Part shown: positions 60,301 through 64,000 of the stretch, piece after piece
How the letters are laid out: the number at the start of each line of letters is the position of its first letter
How positions within the stretch are numbered: the stretch's first letter is position 1
Assembly: GCA_051530055.1 (NCBI GenBank)
Contig: CM121341.1
Span: 8,162,784 to 8,226,783, forward strand
Length of the DNA stretch: 64,000 bases
Source: Neoechinorhynchus agilis
Taxonomy: Eukaryota > Animalia > Acanthocephala
Direction of reading: 5' to 3'
Position numbers and translations under genes: made by a program
Notes under the pieces: model-generated
What the model was told of the DNA's origin: nothing
Databases searched by the model: none
The model's input: only the letters and a program-made list of their open reading frames with translations

Positions 60301-63300
60301 TCTCTGAGGTCGATTCTCAGAGGAGCCATGAAACGGACTGCGATGAATTCTATATCGATGTTTTGAAGAGAGCCTGTGATAGATAAAGAGTAAGGTAACG
60401 ATTGCCGTACGTAAACTGAGACCCCCCCTCCTGGACGGTCATCGTGGTATGGAAGGAAGAGTACCCGGGAAGGATGGCTGTATCGCCGTTGAAGGGGGTA
60501 AGCCACGTTTCTATTAAGATGACTACGTCGGCTTTTAAGGTAGATGAATTGAGTGAAATTTTATCTAGTTTAGGAAGGAGGTTACGAGTACTGGAGTAGT
60601 CCAAGGAGACACAATTTGATCATACATGACCAGTTGTGAATTTGTGGAGTTTATGAGCTCCATCATAAAATCAATTCGGAGCAAGATGGACTCAGGACGG
60701 GAGGCCGGAGAGTGATAGACGCCAGCAATGGTGAATTCTCTAAGGCCGTTTCTCAAAGGAGCTATGAAATGTACTGCGATGAATTCTAAATCGGCGTTTT
60801 GAAGAGCGCCTGTGATAGATAAAGAGTAAGGTAACGATTGCCGTACGTAAACTGAGACTCCCCCTCCTGGACGGTTATCGTGGTATGGAAGGAAGAGTAC
60901 CCGGAAGGATGGCTGAATCGCTGTTGAAGATGGTAAGCCACGTTTCTATTAAGATGACTACGTCGGCTTTTGAGGTAGATGAATTGAGTGAAATTTTATC
61001 TAGTTTAGGAAGGAGGTTACGAGTACTGGAGTAGTCCTGGGAGACACAATTTGATCATACATGACCAGTTAATCACTTGTGGTGTTTATGAGCTCCATCA
61101 TGGAGTCAATTTGGAGCAAGGAGGACTCAAGTCGAGAGGTCGGAGGACGATAGACGCCAGCAATGGTGAATTCTCTGAGGTCGATTCTCAGAGGAGCTAT
61201 GAAATGGACTGCGATGAATTCTATATCGAAGTTTTGAAGAGCGCCTGTGATAGATAAAGAGTAAGGTAACGATTGCCGTACGTAAACTGAGACCCCCCTC
61301 CTTGACGGTCATCGTGGTATGGAAGGAAGAGTACCCGGGAAGGATGGCTGAATCGCTGTTGAAGATGGTAAGCCACGTTTCTATTAAGATGACTACGTCG
61401 GCTTTTGAGGTAGATGAATTGAGTGAAATTTTATGTAGTTTAGGAAGGAGGTTGCGATTACTGGAGTAGTCCAAGGAGACACAATTTGATCATACATGAC
61501 CAGTTAATCACTTGTGGTGTTTATGAGCTTCATCATGGAGTCAATTTGGAGCAAGGAGGACTCACGTCGAGAGGTCGGAGGGCGATAGACGCCAGCACGG
61601 TGAATTCTCTGAGGTAGATTCTCAGAGGAGCTATGAAATGGACTGCGATGAATTCTATATCGAAGTTGTAGAGAGCCTCTGAGATATAAAGAGTAAAGTA
61701 ACGATTGCCGTACGTAAACTGAGACCCCCTCCTTGACGGTCATCGTGGTATGGAAGGAAGAGTACTCCGGGAAGGATGGCTGGAATGTTGTTGAAGGAGG
61801 TAAGCCACGTTTCAGTTAAGATGACTACGTCGGCTTTTGAGGTAGATGAATTGAGTGAAATTTTATCAAGTTTAGGGAGGAGGTTGCGATTACTGGAGTA
61901 GTCCAAGGAGACACAATTTGATCATACATGACCAGTTAATCACTTGTGGTGTTTATGAGCTCCATCATGGAGTTAATTTGGAGCAAGGAGGACTCAAGTC
62001 GAGAGGTCGGAGGGCGATAGACGCCAGCAATGGTGAATTCTCTGAGGTAGATTCTCAGAGGAGCTATGAAATGGACTGCGATGAATTCTATATCGAAGTT
62101 TTGAAGAGAGCCTGTGATAGATAAAGAGTAAGGTAACGATTGCCGTACGTAAACTGGGACCCCCCTACTGGACCGTCATCGTGGTATGGAAGGAAGAGTA
62201 CCCGGGAAGGATGGCTGAATCGCTGTTGAAGATGGTAAGCCACGTTTCTGTTAAGATGACTATGTCGGCTTTTGAGGTAGATGAATTGAGTGAAATTTTA
62301 TCTAGTTTAGGGAGGAGGTTGCGATTACTGGAGTAGTCCAAGGAGACACAATTTGATCATACATGATTAGTTAATCACTTGTGGTGTTTATGAGCTCCAT
62401 CATGGAGTCAATTTGGAGCAAGGAGGACTCAAGTCGAGAGGTCGGAGGTTATAGACGCCAGCAATGGTGAATTCTCTGGAGGTCGATTCTCAGAGGAGCG
62501 AAATGGACTGCGATGAATTCTATATCGAAGTTTTGAAGAGAGCCTGTGATAGATAAAGAGTAAGGTGCACGATTGCCTACAAACTGAGACCCTCCTGGAC
62601 GGTCATCGTGGTATGGAAGGAAGAGTACCCGGGAAGGGATGGCTGAATCGCCGTTGAAGGGGGTAAGCCACGTTTCTATTAAGATGACTATGTAAGGAAG
62701 AGTACCCGGGAAGGATGGCTGAATCGCCGTTGAAGGGGGTAAGCCACGTTTCTGTTAAGATGACTACGTCTGCTTTTGAGGTAGATGAAGAATTGAGTGA
62801 AATTTTATCTAGTTTAGGAAGGAGGTTACGAGTACTGGAGTAGTCCAAGGAGACACAATTTGATCATAGATGACCAGTTAATCACTTGTGGTGTTTATGA
62901 GCTCCATCATGGAGTCAATTTGGAGCAAGGAGTACTCACGTCGAGAGGTCGGAGGGCGATAGACGCCAGCAATGGTGAATTCTCTGAGGTCGTTTCTCAG
63001 AGGAGCTATGAAATTGACTGCGATGAATTCTATATCGAAGTTTTGAAGAGAGCCTGTGATAGATAAAGAGTAAGGTAACGATTGCCGTACGTAAACTGAG
63101 ACTCCCCCTCCTGGACGGTTATCGTGGTATGGAAGGAAGAGTACCCGGGAAGGATGGCTGAATCGCTGATGAAGATGGTAAGCCACGTTTCTATTAAGAT
63201 GACTACGTCGGCTTTTGAGGTAGATGAATTGAGTGAAATTTTATCTAGTTTAGGATGGAGGTTACGAGTACTGGAGTAGTCCAACGAGACACAATTTGAT

Positions 63301-64000
63301 CATAGATGACCAGTTAATCACTTGTGGTGTTTATGAGCTTCATCACGGAGTCAATTTGGAGCAAGGAGGACTCAAGTCGAGAGGTCGGAGGGCGATAGAC
63401 GCCAGCAATGGTGAATTCTCTGAGGTCGATTCTCAGAGGAGCTATGAAATGGACTGCGATGAATTCTATATCGAAGTTTTGAAGAGAGCCTGTGATAGAT
63501 AAAGAGTAAGGTAACGATTGCCGTACGTAAATTGAGACCCCCCTCCTTGACGGTCATCGTGGTATGGAAGGAAGAGTACCCGGGAAGGATGGCTGAATCG
63601 CTGTTGAAGGGGGTAAGCCACGTTTCTATTAAGATGACTACGTCGGCTTTTGAGGTAGATGAATTGAGTGAAATTTTATCTAGTTTAGGAAGGAGGTTAC
63701 GAGTACTGGAGTAGTCCAAGGAGACACAATTTGATCATAGATGACCAGTTAATCACTTGTGGTGTTTATGAGCTCCATCATGGAGTCAATTTGGAGCAAG
63801 GAGGACTCAAGTCGAGAGGTCGGAGGGCGATAGACGCCAGCAATGGTGAATTCTCTGAGGTCGATTCTCAGAGGAGCTAGGAAATGGACTGCGATGAATT
63901 CTATATCGAAGTTTTGAAGAGAGCCCGTGATAGATAAAGAGTAAGGTAACGATTGCCGTACGTAAACTGAGACCCCCCTCCTTGACGGTCATCGTGGTAT
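54385..64000 (-). repeat. Satellite of ~435 bp units (~22 copies, continues beyond the window) derived from the N-terminal half of a CR1/L2-type LINE APE endonuclease
   Basis: Each unit translates, with varying frameshifts, to YSSTRNLLPKLDKIS..ADVVILTETWL..LPGY..GGGVSIYVRQ..EFIAV..GVYRPP. Spacing of the recurrent + strand ORF is ~432-437 bp. Confidence 0.93.

Noticed and set aside
54577-63992. Plus-strand MIIHDQLITCG... ORFs and minus-strand MDYSS... ORFs as genes
   Set aside because: The plus-strand ORFs are antisense to the endonuclease frame. The minus-strand ones start at TTG, are frameshifted in most units and lack catalytic residues.

Overview
AT-rich eukaryotic DNA, almost certainly from a fast-evolving invertebrate (Nup153-like and vigilin genes, an R2 element, metazoan-type LINEs). 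It is not prokaryotic, and several starts in the ORF track are TTG/GTG artefacts. A few apparently intronless genes are recognisable: two divergent head-to-head vigilin/HDLBP paralogs, UTP15, a V-ATPase subunit G-like gene, a Nup153-like FG nucleoporin, a Rab11-FIP C-terminal domain ORF and two orphan ORFs. Long, locus-specific tandem arrays separate them (units of about 107, 223/270, 127/173, 187-200/393, 225 and 455 bp). Retroelement debris includes two CR1/L2-like RT fragments, an RTE fragment, a decayed two-ORF LINE, a Gypsy gag remnant, and a 5'-truncated R2 element still joined to the 3' part of a 28S rRNA exactly at the canonical R2 site. The last 9.6 kb is a satellite of about 22 copies of a ~435 bp piece of LINE APE-endonuclease coding sequence. 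The least obvious signal is a dispersed set of minimal type I hammerhead ribozyme motifs (Penelope pLTR type). Several sit in perfect fold-back palindromes, and one lies antisense inside a LINE RT ORF where the YxDD motif should be. All calls are by-eye motif recognition; no searches were run.
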